A stretch of DNA of 63,977 nt, filler included, from Chiloscyllium plagiosum (Eukaryota), in NCBI RefSeq assembly GCF_004010195.1. It is 6 parts of one record of this genome, joined end to end, with 100 filler letters (N's around TTAATTAATTAA, not from the genome) between each part and the next. Parts side by side here need not be neighbours in the genome. Positions count along the whole stretch, not along the records: positions 1 to 20,115 come from NC_057717.1; 5 more parts are not named here. One strand, given 5' to 3'. Under the pieces are notes generated by a model. The model saw nothing but the letters and a program-made list of their open reading frames with translations. It searched no databases and was not told where the DNA came from. Positions within the stretch are counted from its first letter, which is position 1. Every line of letters begins with the position of its first letter. Made by a program: the position numbers and the translations under genes. Shown here in pieces: positions 1-13,569 of the stretch.

Positions 1-3000
1 ACTTTCTGTACTGGCAGGCAGTTTTCTCTTCAGTATCTGTTTGTTACGAAAAATAAGGACAGAGAGATAGGTTTCCACCAATAACTGGACTTCACATTGG
101 AACCGATTGTAAAACGGCTTCAGGAACAATTTCGCTCCACAGACCAACTGTTGGTTGACGGGTCCCAAACGTGCAAGAGGGATTTGGGACATATTTCTTT
201 TTTTTCCTTCATTTTCTTGTGTTTTTCTTAGTTAATAGATGCTCATTGTTCAGTCGTTTAATGTTCCTTTATTTTCTTGTCTTTGACAGTAACACAGTGA
301 ATATTCATGTTGAGACAAATTGTTATTGCTGGGTCTTGTTCAATAGATTTAACCGAATTTGAACGGAACCGCCTATACATCGTGTGATCCAAAATAGTTT
401 TGCCAACGAGTATGAAATTCGGGAACAGGTGTCAGAGAGCTTCCGTAATCCAGGACGGAATGACGGGCACTGGATTCGTGTCTGCATCTAATATGTTATC
501 ACAATTAGGACCAGTGTTAGAACGGTGGCCAGTTAGAACTGGAGCAAGAGAATACTGCGGACAGTTTTCTGTGCTGCACATTTGCATTGAACCCGAGAAA
601 AATGAGCAATATTTATGGTCTGGTTTGAATGCACTTTTCATTGTTGGTTGCTAAATGTCGCATGTACAACTTGAATGTTTTGTTCGCTGGAGCTCAATAC
701 CTTTAAGAAAGTATGTATTTTGGGAATGAAGGTGATTTGAAGTTGTGTTGTGTGTCTGTATCAGTGTGAAACATGTCTGGTTAATGTAATGTCCTGAGAA
801 CAAACCATCAGTCGTTGGCTCAAACAAAAAACTGCAAAGTGTTGACTCAAGAATTTGGTTGGTAATGATTGGTAAAGAAATATCTTTTTGTATTGGTTGC
901 GTTGTGTTTTTGACTTGGGTTCACTTTTATTCCGTGAATGACCATGTTTGGAATTTCATTTATTGGCCAGAGATAATTTCCAAATACTATTTGAACACGA
1001 GTGAATCTTTAATCCTTGACGATATTATTGACTCATTGTAAATATCCAAGTGACAGGGACACTGGAATGTTGAAAATGTTCGAATATGGAACAAGAATAC
1101 GAAATCCAAATTTAACAAACGGATGGGCTAAACAGACGAATGAAGTAATTGTATGCAGGAGTTTACATCCGATTCCCTTTTTTCTGAATCCGTACTACCT
1201 TAATACAAATTAAGCCACTTTGCCAGACGAGGAGTAGAAGGAACTTGTCTTATTTTTCATGAACTGGAAACACTGAAGGCTAATCCCATTTGCGGACATT
1301 CAACGACATAATGAGACAATCTTAACACATCAAGCCATTTATCAATAATGCATTTCAGTATTGAGAATTACTGAGCAAGTATTAATTGTTGTGAATATCA
1401 GAAATTTCAAAACCAATAAACATAGGTTCACTTAATCATAAAAAGGAGTACATTTCGACTCACATGTCACGTCATTCTAACACATTTATGTGGAAGAGTT
1501 ACCTGATAATTTGAAGGGATTCTGGAAGATGATAAAGTACATACAACCGTCTCAATGATTTTAATGCATGCTATTTTGGCAGTAAATTTGATTGAATCTG
1601 CACAATATTGTATTTGGACAAATTTGCAAACAGACATTTCAAATATCGACAATGAATTGTTTTCTAACTAGAAAAAAATGTGGATCATCATGTAGAAAGA
1701 ACAAGTAAAGTATATTGTGTCTGAATCCAAAATGAATGTTTGATTTCTATTTTAAAATATTATTTGAAAAAATTCCATCGACTACGAATACATACGGATC
1801 TCAGAAATTTGATATGGTGGTAACAATTAAGTTGCAAAATTGTTTCAGATAAAGTAATTCGGTGTGGAGATCCCAGCAGTGGAAAAAAAATCAGAATAAT
1901 GCGCTGAAATGCTAATGAAAGTTAAAATGAATTGTAGTGAAAATGAAGTTTAGATGAGAACTGACAAGTTTCTTTCGGTGATGTTTGTGTCATTGTCTTT
2001 CTTTACAAGCAACATTGAACTGGTGATCAAACCACTACCTGAGGCGAGCGGACCACATGTGGAGACATAAGCTGAACCATCTGAACATTTGATGAGGTCC
2101 TGCTGTGGTCAACGATGCGTGACATTGTCTCGGATCCGATGTAAGTGTGCAACAATGAATGTAATCTCGGTAACAAACATGCTACAGTAGAAAACATGAA
2201 CAGAAGTCCATTTTCCAGACATTTACACCTACTTCATAAAATGATAAATCTGTATTGGAAGTGAGCAAATGCACACTTTAAACGAAGCGACACTGACACA
2301 AAATCTGTAAGAAACTGACATTAAAGCAATGACTGTAGTCTAAGAGAAGGGGATGCAAAATAATTAATCAAGACAATAAGTGTGATTGGCCATTCGGTCA
2401 CAAGTTTACAGAAACGAAAGAATATGCACTTTTGGAGGATTAATGGTGGACTAGTTGATCGAGCTCCTCGGATAACATACTGATTCCCCCGAATCCTCCC
2501 CATCCTGCACATTTGGATGATTAGACCAATAGGTGAAATTGTAATGTATTAAGGCAGTGAGTGTATGTGAAAAACGTCTGACTGAGACTCAGGTAGATTC
2601 GCACTCTGTGGGAAGGGAAATAAATGCAGGAACAACATGTTGAAGGAAAAGCCCGCTGACGTGAGGGTTGTATTGTTTCATAGGATGTACGTTGTAACTG
2701 AAAAGTGGATACTTGCTTTTGCAAAAAGTTAGCGCTCAATGATACAGCCATTCATAAAATTGTGAAGAAGAGAAACTTAATGAAGAACTATGCACATAAC
2801 GGAGACAGGTAAAGAGAGCAGCAGAAATATTCAGTCCATGTATGATGCTATTTTACTGCTCGGTGTTGAAATAATCTGCGTATAGTGATCGGGAGGGGTA
2901 AAATAAAAGACAAATTAACAAACCTGAATCAGTCAATAAAATTAAAGTGCATTGAACAATCCAAACGTCATAATAAAAGTTATTGACTAAAACCAGTTAG

Positions 3001-6000
3001 TATGACACTTTCATTTCTATTCTCTCAGCCATTTTCAGGTTTTAAGGGCCCTCATCGAGAAGGGGATCCACACCTCAGGTTGGTATGGGGGACATATTGA
3101 GGCCGCATTTCAATATATGTGACGCTCTTGTTGCACAATGACTGTAATTATTGGTGAAACTGATGTTAGCGTAAGCATAAAAATGCTAATCCTCTGCGGG
3201 TGTGTTTCAATTTTGATCACATCGCAGGAAGACAGGCACTTGACACGCCTCACTGGTTATATCACAACATTGAACGTGCAACAGGTTTGGGGAAGATTCA
3301 AGGTTAGGCCCCAAAAGGCCACTGCGATTATACACTTTAATGTTGTGATATTCATATTTATGTTAGTTATTTTACTGTCGTTTTAATCTCCTTACTAGAT
3401 TCCATAGTGTTGCAGAGCTGTCGCTGATTTGTGTCAGCATTTGATATTGAAGTAGGCGCAGCCATAAATCAAAAGGGTGCAATGTGTAGGATGGGCCAAA
3501 GCGCTAAACATTCATGATATTTGACAGCTGCATGAGGCAGTAGATTTTCTGGGAATGCTTTGAAGGGCTGTATTTTTTTATGATACTAGAAAAACTTGAT
3601 TGGAAGAGCTGCTTTCGTGAAGTATTTTACGTGTGATGGAGATTATTTCTTCGAATTTCACGAGCAGCAGTTATTCATAAAGAATATGTCGCATTGTTTT
3701 CAAAACACCAGAACTTTAAAAACGGGAGAAACAAAGGCAATGATCACCATGTCAGAGAAAGAGACTGACACTGCTGTCTGAAACAGCAATGTATGCGCAG
3801 AGTTTCTGACTTTGCTGCTTGAGTTCAAGCGTTTCTGGATGTCGGAATAAATCTAAAACAAAATTAACAAACACCGAAATTCACAGGCTGACTTTGGTGG
3901 AATCTCTGTGTGAGCTCACACATCCCAGGAGACGGTACATGCGTTGTTTTTAATTGTAACATATCTGCAAATCTGCAATAATGTGCAGAGTGAATTCTAT
4001 CTGGATTAGATCTGTCTCTTAATTAGATGGTAAATAGAAAAACCATAAGTACTACGTGAACCTGGAGCAGTGTTTATTTTTTAGACCAATAAGACGGTGT
4101 TCCTTCCTGGGTCTGTGGCTTCTGAAGGAGCAAAGATGACCTTTAGTTCAGTGATGTCCACTTCCTGATGGATTCGAAATAAGAGAGAGTTTCCATGTCA
4201 TTGATGATCATGTCTGTAGGATGTTTGTTTTGTTGCAAACCCTATCAGATCCCATCGATCGGTTGGGGCTGCAGTTTGAAGCAATGAGGAATTCACAGGA
4301 TCTTGGTGTGAGAAGCGTAGCAGTTAAAGGATGCGAGACAGAACACAGGTACACTCATGTTGATGGGTTAGCACCACGAAAATTAGGCGAAGGAGGCAGG
4401 TAGTGCTGGTCTCCTGTGGCTGAACCACGTCAAACAAGTATGCTGTTATGGAAAATGTCGGGGCGACAGATCGTCAACAGAATACAGCACGAATAGCCAG
4501 GTTTCGAGTACTGAGAGATGCTCTAATGTAGTGAGGGGTACGTTCCATTCCAAGCGATTGCTTGTGATAGGGGATTCTCTAGTCAGAGATGCATACACAC
4601 TTTTTTATGGCGAGCAGCAAAAAATCAGAATGGTGTGTAGCTTCGTTCATGCAAGTATCTCTCAAAGGATGCAGAATTTTCTCAACGAGTGGGAGGACCA
4701 GCAGGAAGTCATTGGAACCAACGAAATCGGAAGGGAAAATACTGAGTTTCTGAAGGAATATTAAAAAAGGTGCGGAAGGAAATTCAAAATGATGTTTTAT
4801 AGGTTTTTAATGTGAATTACTATTGGTGATACGAACTAGTGAGATACATGCATCAAACAAATGCGTGGCTGAGGAGCTGGTGCAATGTAGAATGGTTCAC
4901 ACGTTCTGGATCATTGGAATCTCTTCAGGTTAGAAGTTACCTTTATAGCATCTTTATATTGCATCTGAATTGGAAGAGATAAATTATGGCAGGGAGATTT
5001 GGTCGAGGTGCTCATGTGGATTTAAATTACTAAAATGGAGAAGAAATGGTGGTGTGGGTGATGCTAAAGGAAGTCGTGAGGCAAATATAAACTGCTACAC
5101 TTGGATAAAGTAGCGAAACTAACTGTCAGGACAATAAGGCGCAAAACAGAGAACAATGTAGGACTGATAAATTAATCTGCATGTATTTCGATGCAAGAGG
5201 CCGAACAGAGAAGGCAGATGAGCTCAGGGTATGGTTACGAACATGAGACTGGTATACCATAGCAATTATATGGTCTAGGACAGGGCTTGCAGCTTAATGT
5301 TAGCATCCAAATGTGATAGGAAAGAAGGATAAGAGAGGAGGTGGAGTGTCGTTTTCTGAAAAGGGGTAGTTTTACTGCTACCCTGAGGAAGGATATTCCT
5401 GGGGATGAATCCAAATAAGTTATTTGCATTCAATAAGGAATAAGAATGGAATGATCACCTTTTTGGGTTTGTATTATAGACCTCCCGAATTAGTCGGAAA
5501 TTGAGAAACACATTTGTACGGAGATCTTAGTTATCTGAAAGAGTATTAAGGATGTTATGGTGGCGGATTTAAAATTAGTGAACATCGACGAGGACTGCAA
5601 GAGGGTTTAGGGTTTGGATGGAAAAGAACATGTTAAGTGTGTCAGGAAGATTTCCTGATTCAGTATTGGATGTACTGACTAGCTAAGGTAAAACGTTGAA
5701 CTACCCTTGGAAAATAAGTCAGGTCAGGTGAGATTGGGAGAACACGTTTTTGCCAGTGACCATCATTCAAAATTTTGAAATAGTGATGGAAAATAATAGA
5801 CCAGACCTAAAAGTGTAAGTTCTTAATTGGAAGAAGGCCCATTGTGACGTATTAGGCTACAACTTTCAAAAATTGATTGTGCGATGAAAATTGCAGGTAA
5901 AGGTATAACTGAAGAATGAGAAACGTTCAGAAATGAGATAACGATAGTCCAGAGACAGTGTAGTCCTGTTGGAGTGAAATGAAAGAAATAAAATGTCAGG

Positions 6001-6786
6001 AAAGCTGGACGGCTTGAGAAATTGAGGTTTTGTTTAAGAATACGAAGGATACAATATTAGATGTAGACAGCAGCGATCGACCGGATCCTGAAAACAGGAT
6101 AAAGGCTGTCGCAGCATAAGTAACAGGAAATGAAGAGGGCAAAAAGAGAAAATTAGAAAACTTTTCCAAATAGCGTTAATGACAATCCAAATGCATACTA
6201 TGAAGATATAAAGAACAAAGGTGTTCACGCGAGAGAATAGGGGCCTACAAAGATCAGTAAGGCAGCATATTCTGCAAAAGCAGGAGATGAGGGAGATACT
6301 GCAAGTGTATTTTGCATCATTGTTTTCTGTGGAGAAGGGCATGGAAGAGGCGGAAGCTTTGGGTTTCTTAAAATGCACAAGAATGGATAAAGCTCCAGTA
6401 ACTGAACAAGTGCAAAACAAATCAGTGGGGAGAGAAAGAAGTGATTGATGTAGCCATTGCTGAGATATTTGCATAGTCGGTAGTCACAGGGGACCTGCTA
6501 GAAGACTGATGGTTGGCTAAACTGGTACCAATATTTAAAAAAGGTGATAAGGAAAACCCAGCAAACTATAGTCCGGTGAACCTAACATTGGCGGTGAGAA
6601 ATTTATTGGCGCGGGTCCTGACAGACAGGATTTTCATGTATTTGGAAAGACAAGGACTGATTAGTGATAGTCAAAATGGCTTTGTGCATGGGCAATAATG
6701 TCTCAGTGATATGATTGAATTTTGTTTGAAGAAGTAACAAAGAGGCTAGAGGCAGCGGACGTGATCTATGTGGACTTCAGTCAGGC

Positions 6787-7318
6787 CATACATGGATCAT
6801 AGAACATTGCAGCGCTTTGCAGGCCCTTCGGCTCTCAATTTTACGCTACCCTTTGAAACCAATCTGATGTCCATCCAACCTGTACCATGCCAATCTCCTC
6901 CATATCCCTATCCAAAGACTATTCAAATTTCCGTGAAGTTGGCGAGTCTACAATTGTTGCATTCAGTGCGTTCCATGCCCCTACCACTCTCTGAGTAAAG
7001 AGATTAACTCTGACATCGTTCCTATGTCGATCATCCCTCAAGCTAAAGCTATGCCTTTTCGAATTAGTCACCACTATCTGCGGAGAAAGGCTCTCACTGA
7101 CCACCCGATCTAACTCTCTGATATTTTACTATGTCTCAATTAAGTGACCTCTCAACATTCTCTCTGACGAAAACAAGTTCAAGCCCCTCAAACTTTCCTC
7201 GTAATATCCTCCCTCCACACAAGACAACATCCCAGTTAATCTCCATTGAAGCGTTTCAAAAGCTTCCACATCCTTCCTCGATTGCTGCAAGCGGAATTAC
7301 ACGTAATACTCCAAGTGT
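6787..7318 (-). mobile_element. CR1 3' fragment inserted in inverted orientation
   Basis: Splits the host RT motif (gacttcagtcaggc / gttcgacaagg). Minus strand reads NLFTQRVVGAWNAL (CR1 ORF2 C-terminus), followed by the 3' UTR and tail. Confidence 0.85.
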
Positions 7319-7804
7319 GTTCGACAAGGCTTCCAATGGAAGTGTGGTAAGCAAGGTTGGATCATGTGGAATTCAGGGAGAACTCGTTATTTGGATACAG
7401 AACAGGCTCGAATTTAGAATGCACAAGATAGTGATGGAGGGCTGCTTTTCAGACTGGAGGCCTGTGACCAGTAGTGCGCAACCAGCACGGGTGCTAGTTC
7501 CAGTGCATTTCTTCATTTACATAAACGGCTTGGACAGGAGGCATAGTTTGTAAGTGACACCAAAATTAGAAGTGTCATTGACAGTCAAAAACGTTACCTC
7601 GAATGACACGGGATCTTGGTCAGATGGGTCAATGTGCCGAAGAGTTGCAGGTGTAGTCTAATTTAGATAAATATGAGATGGTGCATTTTTGCAAGGGAAA
7701 ACAGAGCAGGATTTATATACTTCGTGATAAGGTCCTGGGGTGTGTTGCGAAACAAAGAGACTTGGAGTGCAGGTTTACTGTTCCTCGAAAGTGGAGTCCC
7801 TGGT

Positions 7805-9760
7805 ACAAAGAACAAAGAACAAAGAAAATTTACAGCCCAGGAACAGGCCCTCCGGCCCTGCAAGCCTGAACCGATACAAATCCACTGTCAAAAGCTATCG
7901 CCCAATTCCTAAGCATTCGTATCTCTCTGCTCCCCACCCAAACATGCATCTGTCCAGACGCAACTTAAATGAATCTACCGTGTCTGCCTCTACTACCTCT
8001 GCTGGCAACGCGTCCCAGGCACTCACCTTCCTCTACATCAAGTACTTTCCGCGTTGATTCCTCTTAACTTTTCACCTCTCACCTCGAATGAACGACCTCT
8101 TGTTACTGACTCCCTCACCATGGGTAAAAAACTTGTCTTTGTCCACACTGTCTATATGCTTCATGATTTTGTATATCTCAATCAGCTCCCCTTCAATCTC
8201 TTTATTTTTTTTGCTAATGAAAATGATCCTAGCCTACTCAACCTCTCTTCATAGCTAGCACATTCTGTACCAGGCAACACCCTCGTAAACCTGCTGTGCA
8301 ACCTCTCCAATACATCCACATTCTTTTGGCAATGTGGCGACTAGAACTGTCCAGAGTATTCTAAATGTGGCTGAACCAACGTCTTGTCCAATTTTAGCAT
8401 GATCTGCCAGTTCTTATACTCAATACCCCTGCCAATGAAGGGAAGCATACCATTTGCCTTCTTGCTCACTTTGTCCAACTGCGCAGCCACCTGCAAGTAC
8501 AATGGACCCAAAAACTACATAATCTACTCAACAACTCTGCCCAAGGCTCTTCCGTTTACAGTGTAGTTCGCTGTAGAATTAGGCTTCCCAAAATGTATTG
8601 CCTCACACTTGCACAGAGTGAGCTCCATCTGTCACTTCTCTGCCAACTCTCCAGTGTATCTCCATTACTCTGTATTGTTTGACAGTCTTCTTTGCTTTTT
8701 GCTACGCCACCAAACTTCGTGTCATCTGCAAACTTACTGATCAGACCAACAATACCGTAGTCCAGATCATTTACCTTTATCACAAACAGCAATGGTCCTA
8801 GAACTGATCCCTGTGGAACACCACTGGTCATCTTTCTCCATTTTGAGAAACTCCCTTCAACTACTACTTTCTGTCTCCTGTTGCTCAACCAGTTCTTTGT
8901 CCACCTCGCTGGAACACCTTGTACAATAAGTGACTTTACTTTTTCCATTAGTTTACCATGGGGGAACTTCTCAAACGTCTTATTAAAGTCCATATATATG
9001 ACATCAACAGCCTTTCCTTCATCGATCATCTTGGTCACTTCCTCAAAGAACTCTGTTAAGTTTGTAAGGCTCGATTTCTCCCGCACAAAACCATGTTTCC
9101 TTTCACTGATAAGCCCGTTTTATTTTTACCAAATATAAATTAAGTTTATTCATCAGTAAATTCTCCAGCAACTTTCCCACCTTTTACGTCAGACTCACTG
9201 GTGTGCAGTTAACTGGAATATCGCTACTACCCTTCGTGTACAGGGGGATAACATGAGCATTCCTCCAGTTCTCCGAACTTCCCTTGTGTTTAACGATGCT
9301 ACAAAGATATCTGTCAGGGTCACAACTGTTTTCTCTTAAGCCTCCCTCAACAACCTGTGATAGATCTCATCCGGTCCATGGCATTTGGCCACCTTCGTGT
9401 TCTTTAGCCGACCCAATGCATTTTCCATCCTTATGTCACCGTGAGCCAGAGTAAACAAACTTCTACCTTTAACCTCATTATTCATTATTTCCCCCTCTTC
9501 AGTCAATGCTGATGCAAAGGTAATCATTGAGAAGCTCACCTATTTTCTCAGGTACGACACGCAACTTTCCATATCCTTTCGTGGACCAATCCTTTCCCAG
9601 TAATCCTCTTGCATCTTACATATAAATAGAAGTTCTTGGGATTCTCCTTAATTCTGCTCGCTAAAGTTATTTCATGACCTATTTTAGACCGTTTAAGATT
9701 GGTCCTACTCTCCCGATAACCCACCAAGGCCCGTTCTGTTCTTAGCTGACTGGAGCTTAT
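7805..9760 (-). mobile_element. CR1 3' half (RT to tail) inserted in inverted orientation
   Basis: ORF 8556-9086 has SSLTNLTEFF, VDVIYMDFNKTF, SGVPQGSVLGPLLF and SKFADDTK. Tandem gaacaaa tail at ~7805-7825. Confidence 0.92.
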
Positions 9761-9795
9761 GCATAGGATCGTGAAGACGGCATTTAGTATGCTTT

Positions 9796-11490
9796 ACACC
9801 AGTTCAGTCAATCGAATGAGTATCTCAGTGAAACAGTACTGGTTGTGTAGGCGGGAGTGGAAGAAATGGAGGGCTTGGAGTCCTTCCTCATGTTGGAATG
9901 ATGTGTACAGGCATTGGATGTCCATAGTGATAATAAGGCATTGGGGACCGAGAGAAAAAAAATGTCACCAATGACGTGGGAGGCGTGGATGATATCCCGA
10001 ACATAGGTAAAGATGTTCTGGACCATGGGCTCCTAGGACGGTGACAAGGTATGTTTTGATGAGTTTGGAGGTGCAGAAAAAGGCTGAGAAGATGGCTTTA
10101 TCAGGACCGTCAGTTTTGTGAAACTTCGGTAGGGGGTTGTGTTGGGCGATGTGGTGTTTAATGATTATGAGACTTGAGGCTGTGGATTGGAGATGCTCTG
10201 AGATGATGACTTTGTGGATAGTCTGGGAGATGATAGTTTGGTGAAGGAATGTGTTTTCGTGATTGAATGGGCAGTCGGTGGAGGTCTTCGTGAGTTGTCG
10301 CCTGGTATCAGCTGTCTTGAGGTTGGTGCGCCAAACTGCCACTACCCCACCCTTGTCTGCTGATTCGGTGGTGATGTTGGGATTGGAGTGAAGGGAGTGG
10401 AGGGCTGCTCATTGTGAGGGTGACGTGGTGGACAGTTTGCGGCAGTCAATATCATGGTTGCAGTTGGACATGAAGAGATCAAGGGCGGGTAACAGGCCTG
10501 CACGGGGCAACCAACTGGATAGATTTGTTTGAGGAGAGAGAAGGGATCGTCGGAGGGTGCGCGGGAGTCCTGATGAAAAAATAGTTCGCCCGGAGGCGGA
10601 GGCAGCGGAAGAAAAGTTCAAAGTCGCAACGCTTGACAAATACATTGATCTGGGAGCAATGGGGGATGAAAATGAGCACTTACTGAGGACTGACCGTTTA
10701 TTCTCAGTGGGTCGGATGTCTGTGGTTTGGAAAAACAGAACAGGGCTTGTCTTGCCAGCGCCAGAACTGCAAAACCTGTGTCCATACCTCCCCCTCACCG
10801 CCATCCCTGGCTCCAAAGGATCCTTGTACGTCGACAGAGATGTATCTGTACTTCCACACACGTCATCTACTGTGTCCCTTGCACTTAATGTGGCCTCTTA
10901 CACATTGGGGATACAGAAAGACAAACTTGCAGAACATTTCAGAGAACATCACTGGGACACATCCACTAAATAACCACATTTGCCTGTGGCGCAACACTTT
11001 AACTTCCCCTCCCACTCCACCAAGGGTAAGTAAGTCGTCAGCATTGTCTACAGCCACATTCTAGCCACCCGACGCCTGAAGAAAGAACGCCGCACCTTCC
11101 GACTTGGGACCCTGCAACCACACGGGATCAATGTACATTTTACCATTTTCCCTATTTCCTCTCCCGCCCACCTTATCCCAGATCTATCCTAACAGCCCCG
11201 ACTGCCCTCTTGAACTGTCCTACCTCTACATCTTCCTTCCCACCCTTCTGCTCCAAACTCGTCTCCAAGCTATCACCATCACCCCCAACTTCACAGACCT
11301 ATCGCATTCTAAGCCAGCTTCCTCCAGCCCAACCTGTCCCTTTTACCTGTCAGTCCCCTTGGGCTCACCATTCATTACTGATGAAGGGCTTAGTTCCGAA
11401 ACGTCAAAACTAATGTTCCTTGGATACTGCCTGTCTGGATGTGCATTTCCAGCACCAAACTCTTCGACTCCAAAAGTCAGAGCCATCTAC
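9796..11490. mobile_element. Penelope-like element with inverted 5' part (N-terminal/RT on minus, GIY-YIG endonuclease and pLTR on plus)
   Basis: Minus 10750->9796 gives AVWRTNL..QTIISQTIHK..LPKFHKTDGP..TYVRD..GLQALHFF. Plus from 10751 gives CQRQNCKTC..HVIYCVPC..GLLHIGDT..LAEHFREH. The 3' end carries a hammerhead motif. Confidence 0.88.
11372..11410 (+). ncRNA. Minimal type I hammerhead ribozyme motif in a Penelope pLTR
   Basis: CTGATGA (11378-11384), short stem II agggcttagttcc, GAAA (11398-11401), then C and GTC (11403-11405). Stem I is weak. Confidence 0.75.
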
Positions 11491-13569
11491 ACCTGCAGTC
11501 AGTATGAAACTAAAAAAGAGTTGTTATCTCACTGAGTTTAGTTTTTCGAGGACTCCTTGTTGTAATGTGTGTTAACAACGTCTAAGTTTAAGAGCTGAAC
11601 TTTTTTCAGGAATTAAATAGGTGCAACAGAATGAGAAATGCACAATTAATGCATCTGTAAATGCAAATCAAACAATCCTGAGATTGAGGCACTGCAGGGT
11701 TAATGTGGTCGTGTTGAAAGATCAGAGACTACTGCCGAAAGTAAGAAACAAATGACAGAGTTTGAGCTGTCACCAGTGTTCGAAATGTTGTAAATATCTC
11801 ACGAAAGTAAAAGTGATGTTCACAGATAGCAAAATTGGATTTGTAAGCTGTGTTCGTGAGATAGAATGGTACATAATTTTACAAAGAATTTAAAGGACTT
11901 TGTGGTACAAATATGGAAATGTGATTTCCACTGATGAGACAGACGACAACGGGAACACTTGGTAAAGTGGGTGACTTACATGATACATTAATAAACATGT
12001 TGATAAATGTTCTTTAGTCTAGCTTGTTAATTTTATGTAATGTTTTCCAAATCAATTATAAACCGTAGTCATGAAACTAAACGTTCCATTATTTGTTGAA
12101 ACGTTTTTGTTCCTATTACTATTAGCCTTTTTCTAAATTTTATCTTAAAACTGATTGACGCACAATCTCCATCAAAATATTTTCCTCCCACGGAGGACAA
12201 ACACCGTAACGCGACGAACAACTATCTCTGGAAAATTATCTATGGATAGATTATGAATTACAAGTCAAAAATGTTCATCCAAATTGAACCAACAGCAGAT
12301 GTGATATTGTGTCGACATTGCCAACTCTACATCCACCCTTATTAGTGGACAGAGTATAAATTATTATATCCATGTCGCAAGACATTGATGCATGATTGAC
12401 CAGGTGTAAAAACATTATTTCAGTCATCAGAATATTTCTATTATATTTAATTAATATTGTTGCTCTGCCATTTTCATTTTATGAAATATATCCCACCTTA
12501 TTATGTTCAATTGAATATTTTACATTGGAAACCTAACACCAAACATGTCCAATCAGTTGCAATGAATGTCCCCCTTGTAATCTACTGAAAAACTCCATTG
12601 ACAGCTCCATCAGTGGACAGACAGAAATAAGGAATGAAAGACGAATGATTTATATTATCTTCTCCTCGATCCAATTGCGGTTAATTATTTCATTTAATTC
12701 AAATCCCATAAACTGTTAAATTCTGTAATCAGAGATACTCCTCCGTACACAAGCCCACTGGGGTAAGTTGTTCACTTTCAGTTAGTAAGTCCCATTCGGT
12801 GTAATTTGATTTTGAGAGAGGCTCCCAGTAAGACTTGGACACCAGTTTAATTGTTTCTCTTTCTTTACGAAACAACACTCGGTAAAATCTGCATAGAAAG
12901 ATGACAACCGAGTCACTTTGCCACTGGAAATGGGTATTCCCTAAAGGTTATTGACGACACAAAAAGCAGTTCTAATGTTAAATGTATTCCCAATGATATT
13001 GGTAATTGATGGAGATCTCCTGCTATTTATCCACACTTATTTCAATGCTATATTTACAGATACTTGTAACAAGGCAAGGATACCAGGTCAGAGTTTCCTA
13101 TTTGAGCAGTTAATCTCAATCAGTACAATTCTACAATAACGTAACCTCCCTGTAACATGAGGCCACGGCAATTAGAGGGTCCAGCCTGAGGTTTATGATC
13201 CCATTCAGTACAATTCCACGATCAGTAATACCTTAACTCAGAGTAATTCCGAGATACCTGAATAAACAGCACACAACATCTCAATCAATCACTGTGTAAT
13301 GTGGAGTGTCTGTGAGCGACAGACAATATAAATATTTTCTCACATTCTTAATTTGGAAATATTAACTGCGGAGAATGATGTCACACGTTAGGAACTCGTA
13401 CGAGCCCACTCCTGTATCCAGTGAAGACTGTGGATATATATGTCATTCACGTCAATGGATCAACATTCAGACATACCTCACAACAGCGAGTTTGATGGTC
13501 TGGGGTATTAAAGAATGAATTTCAAGATCAGAATAAAACTTTCAAGACAACCTATTACAGAGTGCTATT

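Larger units (their letters stand above)
4030..9795 (+). mobile_element. CR1 LINE, 3'-truncated and decayed (ORF1 zinc-finger/esterase, ORF2 APE-RT), interrupted by two inverted CR1 insertions
   Basis: ORF1 remnant from ATG 4136 with LLVIGDSLVRD and GTNEIGR (SGNH esterase blocks). ORF2 APE begins ~5170. RT remnants LVPIFKKGDKENPANYSPVNLT (6513) and WIQNRL..GCFSDWRPVTS (7390-7470). Sequence resumes colinearly at ~7319 and ~9761. The 5' boundary is approximate. Confidence 0.9.

Noticed and set aside
293..330. CACAGTG heptamers as V(D)J recombination signals (also ~13290, ~31590, ~47138)
   Set aside because: No nonamer at 12 or 23 nt spacing and no V/J segments nearby.
2010..2140. Exon-like segment with good acceptor and GTAAGT donor
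   Set aside because: Stops in all three frames; it cannot be supported as coding.
10557..10973. 138-aa ORF as a novel gene
   Set aside because: A chance frame across the Penelope inversion junction.
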